Notes: generated from the letters alone by a model not told the origin. A stretch of 38,249 bases of DNA from Eubacteriales bacterium (GCA_045612465.1 JAZKZC010000083.1:1-38249), one strand, 5' to 3'. Shown: positions 17,368-26,928, counted from the first letter of the stretch. Numbers and translations are program-made.

Positions 17368-18111
17368 TTAAAGCACCTTCATCAAGAAGCTTTTAAGTCT
17401 GTCGCTCTGAGGATTCTGGAATATATCGGAAGGTGTGCCTTCTTCGATTATTCTACCCTCGTCCATAAATATCACACGGCTGCCGACTTCCTTTGCGAAG
17501 CCCATTTCGTGTGTTACGACGACCATTGTCATTCCGTCACGTGCAAGCTCACGCATAACGTCAAGCACCTCGCCGACCATTTCGGGGTCGAGTGCTGACG
17601 TAGGCTCGTCAAACAGCATTACTTCAGGCGACATACAAAGTGAACGCACAATGGCAATTCTTTGCTTCTGTCCGCCCGAAAGCTGGCTGGGATAAGCGTT
17701 ACATCTGTCGGCAAGTCCGACACGGTTTAAAAGCGCCATAGCCTGTGTTTCCGCTTCTTCTTTTGTTTTGCCGAGAAGCTTCATCGGAGCTATCGTCATA
17801 TTGCGCAGTATCGTCATATTGGGGAACAGGTTGAAGTGCTGGAACACCATACCCATCTTCTGTCTGTGACGGTTGATGTTTACCTTTGCCGCTGTTATAT
17901 CCTCGCCGTCAAAGACTATTTTACCGTCTGTCGGAAGCTCCAAGAGGTTGAGCGAACGCAAGAATGTCGATTTACCGCTTCCCGAAGGGCCGATAACGAC
18001 GATGACCTCGCCCTTTTTGATCTCGGCATTTATTCCGTCAAGCGCCTTGACCTTACCGCCGAGATAGTGTTTTTTGAGGTTTTCTACCTTTATAAGAACA
18101 TTATCTTTCAC
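17368..18111 (-). CDS. Polar amino-acid ABC transporter ATP-binding protein (GlnQ family)
   Basis: Walker [10 protein letters not shown], signature [20 protein letters not shown] and [12 protein letters not shown] start. Confidence 0.95.
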   Translation of the reverse strand: MKDNVLIKVENLKKHYLGGKVKALDGINAEIKKGEVIVVIGPSGSGKSTFLRSLNLLELPTDGKIVFDGEDITAAKVNINRHRQKMGMVFQHFNLFPNMTILRNMTIAPMKLLGKTKEEAETQAMALLNRVGLADRCNAYPSQLSGGQKQRIAIVRSLCMSPEVMLFDEPTSALDPEMVGEVLDVMRELARDGMTMVVVTHEMGFAKEVGSRVIFMDEGRIIEEGTPSDIFQNPQSDRLKSFLMKVL

Positions 18112-18850
18112 TCTTACGCAACCTCCTTTCGATCTTTGAAACAGCCCATGTAAGGATCGTTACAAGAACGAGATAAACAAGTGCAACGGCTATAAGCGGC
18201 ATAAATGCAGAGAACGTTCTGCCTCTGATAATAGCACCTGCCTTCGTTATGTCAACAAGGCCGACGTAACCTGCAACAGACGTTTCCTTGAGAAGTGCTA
18301 TAAATTCATTCAAAAGGGAAGGAAGCGCTGTTTTTATTGCCTGGGGAATGACGATGTATATCATCGTTTGCAGGTAATTGAAGCCGAGTGAGCGTCCTGC
18401 TTCAAACTGACCGTTGTCTATCGACATAATACCGCCGCGGAGAATTTCGGCAACGTACGCACCCGAGTTTACACCGAATGCGATTATTGCAACCATTATA
18501 CCGTTGTCAGATGATGCGAATATTACAAAGTATGCAATAAGAAGCTGAACGACAACAGGCGTACCTCTCATTATCGTAAGGTAAAGCTTACATAGAGCGT
18601 TGGCAATTTTTAAAACGTAGTAGCCTGCGCTTTTGTGAAACGCCATTGCTTCGCCGTTTTTGTCGTATGTCGTACGGATGGCGGCAACTATTATACCTAA
18701 AAGTATACCGATAAGCGTTGCAAATAACGTTATCAGAAGCGTGTTGCCAAGACCCGTCAGAAGCAGCTTCCATCTGCTTTCATCTATAAAATTGAGAATA
18801 AACAGTTCACGTTGTTCGTTGAACCATTGTCCGATTGACGCGAACATCAT
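18101..18850 (-). CDS. Polar amino-acid ABC transporter permease
   Basis: [33 protein letters not shown] and LLKETS. Confidence 0.95.
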   Translation of the reverse strand: MMFASIGQWFNEQRELFILNFIDESRWKLLLTGLGNTLLITLFATLIGILLGIIVAAIRTTYDKNGEAMAFHKSAGYYVLKIANALCKLYLTIMRGTPVVVQLLIAYFVIFASSDNGIMVAIIAFGVNSGAYVAEILRGGIMSIDNGQFEAGRSLGFNYLQTMIYIVIPQAIKTALPSLLNEFIALLKETSVAGYVGLVDITKAGAIIRGRTFSAFMPLIAVALVYLVLVTILTWAVSKIERRLRKSER

Positions 18851-18877
18851 AATTAAATACCACCTCGTTTAATATAT

Positions 18878-18908
18878 AAAAGGGGCAACCGTGAGGTAAC
18901 CCCTTTTT
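18878..18908 (-). terminator. Intra-operon hairpin between the binding-protein and permease genes
   Basis: Minus strand AAAAAGGGGTTACC-TCAC-GGTTGCCCCTTTT. Confidence 0.6.
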
Positions 18909-18928
18909 AATCAAATCAAAAGCACAAA

Positions 18929-19696
18929 TTATTCAGCGGAATCAGGCTTGATGTACTTGTCGATTATCTTCTGGATCTCACCGTTTTCGGTGTTCTTTTT
19001 CAACGAATCGTTGATTTTCTTGAGGAGGTCCTCATTTTCTTTGCTTACGCAGATAGCGTAGTCTTCTTCAACGTACTTTGTGTCGAGAATCTTAAGACCT
19101 TCGTATGTCTTAACGTAAGACTTTGCAGGCTCGTTATCGATGATAACGCAGTCAACCTTGCCTGTTGTCAAAGCAAGAACTGCTTCAGCACCTGTGTTGT
19201 AGCTTGTAACTCTGTCTTCGCCGAAGTCATCGGAAGCGTAGATGTCACCTGTTGTACCCTGCTGAACACCGATCTTGTATGTTGCGCCGTCAGCAAAAAG
19301 GTCGTCAATGGATGTAATGGGGGAATCGTTCTTAACGATGATTACCTGAACACCCTTAGCGTAAGTTGATGAGAAGTTAACGCTCTTGAGTCTTTCTTCG
19401 GTAACTGTCATACCTGCCATACCGAAATCGTATTTGCCTTCTGTAACACCCGTGATGATAGAGTCAAACTCTGTATCAACGATCTGAAGTGTCATGCCGA
19501 GATCCTTTGCGATAAGCTCAGCAATTTCAGCATCGATACCGACAATCTTCTCACCCTCGTAAAATTCATAGGGAGGGAATGCTGCGTTTGTTGCCATTTT
19601 AAGTACGTTTTCGTCTTCCTTTGAACAAGAAGCAAAGGAAACAGCGCAAACAGCAAGAAGCGAGAGCGCCAGAACGAAGGAAATGATCTTCTTCAT
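18929..19696 (-). CDS. Polar/basic amino-acid ABC transporter substrate-binding lipoprotein (SBP family 3)
   Basis: Lipobox FASC; ATNAAFPPYEF, AGMTVTEER and IGVQQGTTG. Confidence 0.95.
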   Translation of the reverse strand: MKKIISFVLALSLLAVCAVSFASCSKEDENVLKMATNAAFPPYEFYEGEKIVGIDAEIAELIAKDLGMTLQIVDTEFDSIITGVTEGKYDFGMAGMTVTEERLKSVNFSSTYAKGVQVIIVKNDSPITSIDDLFADGATYKIGVQQGTTGDIYASDDFGEDRVTSYNTGAEAVLALTTGKVDCVIIDNEPAKSYVKTYEGLKILDTKYVEEDYAICVSKENEDLLKKINDSLKKNTENGEIQKIIDKYIKPDSAE

Positions 19697-19753
19697 AATT
19701 ATAACCCTTTCTTTAGTGTGCTTATGTGCACATATTTATATTTTAACATAGGT

Positions 19754-19782
19754 ATTATATATCATAAGTCGGATATTGTCAA
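19754..19782 (-). promoter_or_regulatory. sigma-A promoter of the amino-acid ABC operon
   Basis: Minus strand perfect TTGACA-17 bp-TATAAT. Confidence 0.85.
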
Positions 19783-19860
19783 TATCATAAGTGAAAAAAG
19801 TTATTATTTTGATGTTTTTATACATTTAAAAACGCATAAAAATACAACATCTTGCTGTAC

Positions 19861-19889
19861 TTGACAAATAATTTATTATGTGTTATAAT
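19861..19889 (+). promoter_or_regulatory. sigma-A promoter of the YegP-family gene
   Basis: Perfect TTGACA-17 bp-TATAAT with an extended TG. Confidence 0.85.
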
Positions 19890-19947
19890 ATCGGTAGTAC
19901 ATAAATTATCGGTTTTCCGATAAATATAATTAAGGATGGAGAAAATC

Positions 19948-20313
19948 ATGGGAAAATTTGTAGTCAGAAAAACAGCAACAGGTATCAAGTTTGACCTCAA
20001 GGCAACAAACGGTCAGGTTATCGCAACATCTGAAGTTTACACAACAAAGGCTGCTTGCCTTAACGGTATCGAAAGTGTAAAGAACAACTGCGTAGGCGAA
20101 GTTGAAGACCAGACGGTTGATCCCGTTGTTGCAGTTAAGCACCCCAAGTTCGAAATGTATGAAGATAAGGCAGGCGAATTCCGCTTCCGTCTTAAGGCAA
20201 AGAACGGCGAAGTTATCGCAACGTCCGAAGGTTACAAGACTAAGGCAAGCTGCGAAAACGGTATCGAAAGCGTAAAGAACAACGCTCCCGAAGCTGAAAT
20301 CGTAGAAGAATAA
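19948..20313 (+). CDS. yegP: YegP family protein (tandem DUF1508)
   Basis: Two repeats, FDLKATNGQVIATSEVY...NGIESVKNN and FRLKAKNGEVIATSEGY...NGIESVKNN. ATG 19948 is better spaced from GGAG than ATG 19936. Confidence 0.9.
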   Translation: MGKFVVRKTATGIKFDLKATNGQVIATSEVYTTKAACLNGIESVKNNCVGEVEDQTVDPVVAVKHPKFEMYEDKAGEFRFRLKAKNGEVIATSEGYKTKASCENGIESVKNNAPEAEIVEE

Positions 20314-20324
20314 TTCAGTTACAT

Positions 20325-20362
20325 AATAAGGTCGGTATGAATGTACCGACCTTATTGTTTTT
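20325..20362 (+). terminator. Intrinsic terminator of yegP
   Basis: AATAAGGTCGGTA-6 nt-TACCGACCTTATT followed by GTTTTT. Confidence 0.85.
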
Positions 20363-20382
20363 ATATGTTACAGAAGAAACAG

Positions 20383-20419
20383 TAAAACAAGCCGTGGCAG
20401 ATATTACGTGCCACGGCTT
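20383..20419 (-). terminator. Intrinsic terminator of the dockerin/EEP gene
   Basis: AAGCCGTGGCA-9 nt-TGCCACGGCTT, followed by a T-rich tail on the minus strand. Confidence 0.7.
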
Positions 20420-20447
20420 ATTTATTGTATGCGTAGTGTGTATGCCT

Positions 20448-23400
20448 TTAATCTGTGATAAGATTTATGAGCGAATCAATTTCGGAGGAACTGATCTTTC
20501 CGTCATTGTTCTTATCTGCCGCAATAATGTTTATCTTATTGTTTTCTGTGCCGAGCATATATTTTTTTGCTCTTATAACGTCTTTACCGTTTATGACACC
20601 GTCACCGTTAACGTCATTTTCAACGACGATATATGCAGTTCCTATGCCGTTTGTAAGCGTACTTCCCGTATAGCCCTCGCCGACAAGTCTGACGTCGCTT
20701 CCGAATGCCGAAAGTATGTCGCTTGTCTTTGTGCCGAGCGGAACTTTTATAACCGAATCGTTTCCGTAGCTTTCAAGCGTGATGCCGGATCTTGGCGCAG
20801 TATCAAGCTTTTCGGCTGTCTTTTTAACTGAAAAATCAACGTATGACGGGAAGTGGTCCGACATTGTTGCTGTTGTTAAGTTCATCGGGGGTCTGAAACG
20901 GACAACGTTTGTTTTTTCGGATACGAAGAACAAATCAAGCGCCAATGTCAAAGAACCCGATGCGGGAGTTGATGCACCCTCCGGATGAGAGGTTCTCTGT
21001 AAAAACAGACCTCTTTCGGAAGAAAATCTTGCTTCGCGAAGCACGCCGTCGGTGAAGAAGTTGGGGTATCCGACGTCAGTCGTGTAAGTATTATAGTCAC
21101 CCATATTCAAAACCGCACAGTCGTGTTTTGCAATAATGCGCTTTGAAAGATCGACGATCTCCTGCGCATTTATCGCACGGACGGGGTCAGCTTGCGTTCT
21201 GTCGCTGAGGTGGAAGAAGTGTGTTGTGGATGCCGCAAATTTTTCACCCGTTGTTTTGTCCTGCAAAACTGCCCAAGTTACGTTGTGACCGGGGTATGTG
21301 CTTTCGCCCGACAGCTTGAACCAACCCTTTTCAACACACGTAAAGCGTGATGTCTTGTATGCAAGAGGGGTGTAGTTCTGCGCACCGCTTGACATATCGT
21401 TTCCGAGCACCGTGTAACCGAGCTGCTGAAGCTTCGGTGTAAGGTTTGACGTGAACGTAGCGCAGTATTCCTGGAAGCCTATAACATCGGGAGAATAGTA
21501 TTTGAATGCGTTTACGAAATCCGCTATTCTGTCGAGGTTGGGATAAAGCTCGTATCTTTCGACATTACACGTCATTATACGGTAGTCTGCGCCTTCTGTG
21601 AGTGAAAGCGTGTTTTTACTGTAATCAAATGCTGTTGCCGTGCTTGTGCATAATGTCAGAGGATCAAATTCACCGCTCGATGCCTTGAGTGCTTTTACCA
21701 TTGTCTGCGAAGCGTATTCCGCCGCAAGTGCGTTGCCCGCAACGATAAATATGTTGCCGAAGCGTCCGAATATCGCATACTGATTTGCTCCGACCGAAAG
21801 GGAAGACGGCATAAATGCTTTTGCCGCAGTCGGACTGCAGATAACGATCTGTCTGTATGATGCGTGCTTTTCAAACGGTGTAAGCGTTACGGATGTACCC
21901 GTGTAATATGTAAGGTCGTCTGCAAACAGCTTTGCCGCTTCATAATAACCCGTAAAGTCCTTCGTTTCCTCTGCATCGGAGAAGTACGATATGCGTATTG
22001 AATCTGCGTATGAAGAATACAGCTTTATCGTCTTTTCGGGGTATCTTTGAAGTATATTTTTGCCTGCGGAGATCTGTCCGTTTGTATTCTTGCCCATGGG
22101 AACGATGCCGATAATGTCACCTTCCGAAATCGGGAAAGAATCAAAAGTTACCGTGAATTTGCCGTTACTGTCGACATTGCTTGTAAAGCCTGTCTTATTC
22201 ATATTTTTTGCGCTGCCGTCAGCATCTGTTGTATAAACGGTAAAGCCGACCTCAGCGAAAGCTGTGTTATTTGCATATCCCGTTATCGTTACTGTATCGG
22301 AATCAACCGCCGTTACGGTGTCGGGGTTTATATTGACGTGCTGACCTGAAATGCGCTTGCCGGGTGTAGGTGTTGAGTTCAGTGTTCCGCCGTCGATATA
22401 AGGCGTATAGTTGACCGATGTATCAGATGAATTGAGGTAGTTGTGAATTTTGGGAAGTCCGTAGCCGTCAAGAATTCCCGTTACCATCGTTTTGTGTATG
22501 ACTGACAAGGGATAGTTGCTTTTTTGTTCTTGTACTATCGTGGGTAAGTATTCGGAAAGAGCACGGCGGAACGATTCCTCGTCAATGAAATCGTAGTAGT
22601 TATAAACGTAACCCGTCTGCGCCGATGTTCCCGTGAAATACATTGCAAAGCTGTCGGAAAGGTCGAGAAGCATATTTGTATCAGCCGATGTCAAGGGAAG
22701 TGTAAGCTCGCTCAAGGGTGAGCCGTTTGATGCTCTCTTTGCCGAATTTTCGGCATTGACAAGCGAAATGGTGCAAGCCACATACTTGTCAGGCAAAAAT
22801 CCGTTTCCGCACTTTGAGTTTATCGCAGTTGAGGGGAAAAGGTCTGTAGTGCCGATGAACTGTGTAACACGGGCAACCTTAACACCCGCCATATCGTTGC
22901 CGAGATTTGTCCAATATGAATTGAAATCAGCTACGGTCTTTAATCTTGCTTTATATGAAACTATCCACAAAAGCGCCGTTTCATTGGGCTTGAGCACGAT
23001 GCCCGTATCTTTGATGTTGAGCGATGCAATATTGCTCGGTACAAGTGTGTCGTTTGTACCCATCAGTCTTTGAATGACGTTTCTTTGCGATACACCTGTG
23101 TTTGCGCAAGCATTTCTGACTATCGTATATCCGTCGAGCGCAACATCGTTTTTCGACGTGTTGACGATTTCGATATACTCATAAGATGAGTCTGTCGGAG
23201 CATTTGCAATTTCGCTTACCGCAAGTGCGCCGGGACGTCCGCTTGTGTATTCATTCTGGCAGTACTCCGCAAGGGAAACAAGCTCATCGTTAAAGCTCTT
23301 CATATTGTTTGTTATTCTTGATTTTATACCTGCGGCTGTGAGATTTGACGCTTTTGCGTCTGCCCAGGTTGTTGATGCGCCGTCGACGGTGATAGAGGCT

Positions 23401-24671
23401 GTAACACCCGATGCTATCGATATCTGTGTCGTCATAGCCACCTTTGAAGCACCCCAAACGTAACAGTTCTGAAGCGTTGCCGTCTGGTCTGCGTATTTTA
23501 TTTCAACGAAGCCGGTTATGTTTCCTTTATATGTGCCTGCACAGCTCATATCTCCTGCGTAGATACAGTTTGTGAAGCTGTAAACACCTCCGCGCAGATG
23601 TGCGGCATAACCGCCTACGTAGTCGGGTGAAGTAAGGTCGGCAAACGAAACGCAGTTTGTAAGCGTGAGGGCGACGTTTACGTTATAACCGATAAAACCG
23701 CCCGCATAAGATGTTGAAGCGTTGTAGCTTCCCGCTGTTACGACGTTTTCGCAGATTATCTCGGGATATGTTGTAATGTTAGATGCGGATGACGCCGAAT
23801 ATCCGTCGCCGCCGAGTATACCGCCTATGTTTGATACAGCGGAAATATCGGCTTCAACAGCCACGTTTTCGCAGTAAAGGTACGTACCGTTAAGACGGCC
23901 GAGCACACCTCCGACGTAATTTCCTGTCGAAGTAAGTGTAACGCCGAAAACGGAACAGTTATCAACTGAAAGACTGCCCGATGAAAGCGCAACAAGACCG
24001 CCTATGTAACCCGTCGATGAGATGGTGGATGCGTACACGTCGGAATTTTTAATCGTAACGGTGCTTGTTGATGTTGCTACAAATCCGCCCGCAGTTGATG
24101 CGCTTGCTGTTATGTTCACACTTGAAGAACAGCCGTCTATTGTAAGCGATGATGAGTTGAGCGCAACGAAACCGCCTATGTAACCCCCACCTGTTAAAGT
24201 GCCCGAAACAGAGCAGTTTTCAAAAACAGCACCCGATACGTTTTTGTAAAGAAATCCCGCAACGTATGAGGATGTGCCTGCGTCGATGTTAACGCTGATG
24301 TGAAGATTTTTTACGGTCATTCCGCCGCTGTAAAGTATCAGAGCACGACCGTCGCCGCTTACGTTTGACGTAACCGACGAAAGCGTGTAGCCGTTTCCGT
24401 TTATCGTTCCCGAATACGGATTTGACTCACTTGTGCCGATGCTGACGCCTTGGCTTAAAGCGATGTTATCTGCAAGTGAGATATTGTATGAATAATTGCC
24501 TCCGTTTATTAAGTCCGCAACAGTCCTGAAACCTGCGTCCGTATAAACGGTGTACGTTTTTGTGGCGCTGTCAAGCACGTAATCGCTTGTAACTTCCTCT
24601 GCAACGACAGTTCCAAAGGCAGAAAACAGAAGCGAAAGGCTCAAAAGCACGCAAAGTAATCTCTTTTTCAT
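20448..24671 (-). CDS. Secreted multidomain protein: GLUG-like beta-helix, lamin-tail-like domain, EEP (endonuclease/exonuclease/phosphatase) domain, C-terminal dockerin
   Basis: Signal peptide; repeated YVAGF/YIGGFV/YVGGV/YAGGF motifs; VSEI...YEYIEIVNTS..VALDGY; EEP motifs MTCNV, DVIGFQE, THF, GDYN, LDLF and SDHFP; dockerin DVNGDGVINGKD...AADKNNDGKI. Confidence 0.85.
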   Translation of the reverse strand: MKKRLLCVLLSLSLLFSAFGTVVAEEVTSDYVLDSATKTYTVYTDAGFRTVADLINGGNYSYNISLADNIALSQGVSIGTSESNPYSGTINGNGYTLSSVTSNVSGDGRALILYSGGMTVKNLHISVNIDAGTSSYVAGFLYKNVSGAVFENCSVSGTLTGGGYIGGFVALNSSSLTIDGCSSSVNITASASTAGGFVATSTSTVTIKNSDVYASTISSTGYIGGLVALSSGSLSVDNCSVFGVTLTSTGNYVGGVLGRLNGTYLYCENVAVEADISAVSNIGGILGGDGYSASSASNITTYPEIICENVVTAGSYNASTSYAGGFIGYNVNVALTLTNCVSFADLTSPDYVGGYAAHLRGGVYSFTNCIYAGDMSCAGTYKGNITGFVEIKYADQTATLQNCYVWGASKVAMTTQISIASGVTASITVDGASTTWADAKASNLTAAGIKSRITNNMKSFNDELVSLAEYCQNEYTSGRPGALAVSEIANAPTDSSYEYIEIVNTSKNDVALDGYTIVRNACANTGVSQRNVIQRLMGTNDTLVPSNIASLNIKDTGIVLKPNETALLWIVSYKARLKTVADFNSYWTNLGNDMAGVKVARVTQFIGTTDLFPSTAINSKCGNGFLPDKYVACTISLVNAENSAKRASNGSPLSELTLPLTSADTNMLLDLSDSFAMYFTGTSAQTGYVYNYYDFIDEESFRRALSEYLPTIVQEQKSNYPLSVIHKTMVTGILDGYGLPKIHNYLNSSDTSVNYTPYIDGGTLNSTPTPGKRISGQHVNINPDTVTAVDSDTVTITGYANNTAFAEVGFTVYTTDADGSAKNMNKTGFTSNVDSNGKFTVTFDSFPISEGDIIGIVPMGKNTNGQISAGKNILQRYPEKTIKLYSSYADSIRISYFSDAEETKDFTGYYEAAKLFADDLTYYTGTSVTLTPFEKHASYRQIVICSPTAAKAFMPSSLSVGANQYAIFGRFGNIFIVAGNALAAEYASQTMVKALKASSGEFDPLTLCTSTATAFDYSKNTLSLTEGADYRIMTCNVERYELYPNLDRIADFVNAFKYYSPDVIGFQEYCATFTSNLTPKLQQLGYTVLGNDMSSGAQNYTPLAYKTSRFTCVEKGWFKLSGESTYPGHNVTWAVLQDKTTGEKFAASTTHFFHLSDRTQADPVRAINAQEIVDLSKRIIAKHDCAVLNMGDYNTYTTDVGYPNFFTDGVLREARFSSERGLFLQRTSHPEGASTPASGSLTLALDLFFVSEKTNVVRFRPPMNLTTATMSDHFPSYVDFSVKKTAEKLDTAPRSGITLESYGNDSVIKVPLGTKTSDILSAFGSDVRLVGEGYTGSTLTNGIGTAYIVVENDVNGDGVINGKDVIRAKKYMLGTENNKINIIAADKNNDGKISSSEIDSLINLITD

Positions 24672-24710
24672 AAGATATCCTTTCCGCTTGTGGCTTTATA
24701 ATATATATAC

Positions 24711-24738
24711 ATTATACCACAGATTTTCAAAAAATCAA
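24711..24738 (-). promoter_or_regulatory. Probable sigma-A promoter of the dockerin/EEP gene
   Basis: Minus strand TTGATT-16 bp-TATAAT with an extended TG. Confidence 0.5.
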
Positions 24739-24787
24739 TTATTTTTAAGTATTTAATGAAATTATGTTCTGAAAAAACAACACGCAC

Positions 24788-24816
24788 TTTACTTTTTTTT
24801 ATAAATGTGGTATCAT
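24788..24816 (+). promoter_or_regulatory. Probable sigma-A promoter of the phosphatase-PPTase pair
   Basis: TTTACT-17 bp-TATCAT with an extended TG. Confidence 0.45.
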
Positions 24817-24851
24817 ACAAATGTAAAAGGTAATTTAACGGAGAAATGCAG

Positions 24852-25874
24852 ATGAAAATAAACGTACATTCACCGAAAAATAAAGAAACGGTAAGTATTC
24901 ACACCGAACTGCAAAAGGAATTTCTGTTTTACGGCGGAAACAAAGGAAAAGAAGCTTCGGTTGACTATCTTAACCTTATAAAGCAAAGGGAAGAAAGAAC
25001 GTTTCCGAATCCCGTGACGGTAAGCTGGGACGGGGAATTTTTCGATGACCAAACGCTTTTTTTACACCTGTCGAAGGAAAGTGATTTTTCGGAATATAAA
25101 GTATACGAAACCGAAAAAAACAAAGCAGTTATATTTAATCTTGAAATCGGTACTGAATATTTCTGGAGAGTTTGCAGTACGTCGCGCGGTGAAATAACCG
25201 ATATATCCGATGCTTTTTCATTTACCGTGTCCGATATACCGCCGAGATGGATATATGCCAAAGGACTCGGAAATATCAGGGATATAGGCGGTTGGACGGG
25301 CAAAAACGGCAAAAAAATAAAGCAGGGAATGTTTTTCAGGGGCTGTGAAATGGAATTTCACTATACGATCGAAGATGAAGGGCGGCAGGTTCTGGCGGAG
25401 GACCTTGGTATAAAAACAGACCTTGACCTCCGAGGTGAAGCAGTAGGGAAGATAGATTCATCGAAAATCGGCGGAAATTGCAGTCTTGCGCTTATTCCTT
25501 GCGCCGCATACGCTGATTTTATGAATGATAAAGAAACCTGCAAAAAGATATTTTCCGTGCTTGCAAATGCTGAAAATTATCCCGTTTATATGCACTGCTG
25601 GGGCGGTGCTGACAGAACGGGAACGGTTGCGTTCTTGCTTTCCGCGATCCTTGGTGTAAAGCTTGATGATCTGTTTCTTGACTATGAAATAACGTCGCTT
25701 TCAACGTGGGGTGAAAGAAGCTCGGACTCCGAACAGTTCAAAGGATTTTTGCACGTTCTCGATGAATACGGAGAAGAAAACGATACAGTGGGCGAAAAAT
25801 GCGAAAGTTTTATTCTTTCTTCGGGAATTACAAAACAAGAGATAGAAAATATACGAAAAATATTTTTAGGATAA
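24852..25874 (+). CDS. Tyrosine/lipid phosphatase family protein (Y_phosphatase3-like) with an N-terminal Fn3-like domain
   Basis: NIRDIGGW, LGIKTDLDLR and P-loop HCWGGADRTG; N-terminal VTVSW...FNLEIGTEYFWRV. ATG 24852 is better spaced from GGAG than ATG 24846. Confidence 0.88.
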   Translation: MKINVHSPKNKETVSIHTELQKEFLFYGGNKGKEASVDYLNLIKQREERTFPNPVTVSWDGEFFDDQTLFLHLSKESDFSEYKVYETEKNKAVIFNLEIGTEYFWRVCSTSRGEITDISDAFSFTVSDIPPRWIYAKGLGNIRDIGGWTGKNGKKIKQGMFFRGCEMEFHYTIEDEGRQVLAEDLGIKTDLDLRGEAVGKIDSSKIGGNCSLALIPCAAYADFMNDKETCKKIFSVLANAENYPVYMHCWGGADRTGTVAFLLSAILGVKLDDLFLDYEITSLSTWGERSSDSEQFKGFLHVLDEYGEENDTVGEKCESFILSSGITKQEIENIRKIFLG

Positions 25875-25878
25875 ATAT

Positions 25879-26532
25879 ATGTTACTTTATTGTACGGATG
25901 TAAATACCGTTACCGAGGAGCAGTACCGGACCTTTCTGAATGTGCTTGACGGTGAACGCAGGAAAAAAGCAGAAAGATATAAAAAATACGATGACAGCGT
26001 GCTTTGCGCCGTGTCGTATGTCTTACTTTTATATGCATTGCATTTGAAAGGTGAGGACGGCTGCCACACACTTTCTTATAACGAACACGGTAAGCCTTTT
26101 TTTGAAAATTCGTCGTTTCACTTCAATATAAGCCATACGAAAGGTGCAGCAGCGTGCGCTGTCAAAAATGTGCCTGTTGGTGTTGACATACAAACGAAAG
26201 CTTTGAATTTTGACTCTGTTATGCGCCGTGTTTGTACCGAAAATGAGAAAAATGCGGTTATCTCAGCCGATGATCCGCAAATGGAATTTACAACGCTCTG
26301 GACACTTAAAGAAAGTATTTTAAAGTGTATCGGCACAGGCATTGCAGGTCAAATGAAAAACTATGATTTTTCCGAAAACAAGACCGAAAACGGTAAATTC
26401 AAGCTTATGACACTTTATGACGGTGACGTTATCCTCTCCGCTTGCAGTACAGAGCCATTTACAGAGGTAAAAAAAATAACCGTTTCGGAATTGCTTGAAT
26501 ACTGTAAAATTAACCTTATAAAAAATAATTGA
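25879..26532 (+). CDS. 4'-phosphopantetheinyl transferase, Sfp-like
   Basis: NEHGKP, FNISHT, VGVDIQ and FTTLWTLKESILK. Confidence 0.9.
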   Translation: MLLYCTDVNTVTEEQYRTFLNVLDGERRKKAERYKKYDDSVLCAVSYVLLLYALHLKGEDGCHTLSYNEHGKPFFENSSFHFNISHTKGAAACAVKNVPVGVDIQTKALNFDSVMRRVCTENEKNAVISADDPQMEFTTLWTLKESILKCIGTGIAGQMKNYDFSENKTENGKFKLMTLYDGDVILSACSTEPFTEVKKITVSELLEYCKINLIKNN

Positions 26533-26543
26533 TAAATTCAGTA

Positions 26544-26572
26544 TTTACAAGCACTAAACAATGTGATATAAT
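26544..26572 (+). promoter_or_regulatory. sigma-A promoter
   Basis: TTTACA-17 bp-TATAAT with an extended TG. Confidence 0.65.
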
Positions 26573-26612
26573 ATATATGCAACTTAATATTTTTATGTAA
26601 AGGAGAATGAAA

Positions 26613-26837
26613 ATGGTTGTTGACGAAATAGTTTTAGGTATAGTTTTAGGTATAGTTTTGCTGTGCATATGGTTGATTGTTAATTATAAAGTGGCAAAAA
26701 TGTTTGAAAAGCTTGCATTAGATAAAGGCTACGGCAAGGATGCAAATGCGTTTATTATGTGCTTTTGGCTCGGAATTGTTGGGTACATATACGTTGCCGC
26801 TATGCCCAAGCTCACAGAAAAATCTCAAACAGAATAA
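26613..26837 (+). CDS. Small two-helix membrane protein
   Basis: RBS AAGGAG spaced for ATG 26613; two hydrophobic segments flanking A..KGY. Confidence 0.75.
   Translation: MVVDEIVLGIVLGIVLLCIWLIVNYKVAKMFEKLALDKGYGKDANAFIMCFWLGIVGYIYVAAMPKLTEKSQTE
26628..26659 (+). repeat. In-frame 12-bp tandem repeat (ATAGTTTTAGGT x2.7)
   Basis: Exact repeat encoding IVLG-IVLG-IVL. Confidence 0.9.
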
Positions 26838-26928
26838 TGATGTTCAGAAAAACGCAGGGGCAGACATACCAGACTGCCTGCGTTGAACAAACTTCGACAA
26901 ACATACTGATTCTTCGTGAGGTGAAATT

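Noticed and set aside
26841-26888. Integron attC site
   Set aside because: It lacks a proper RYYYAAC left box, is single-copy and has no integrase in the window.
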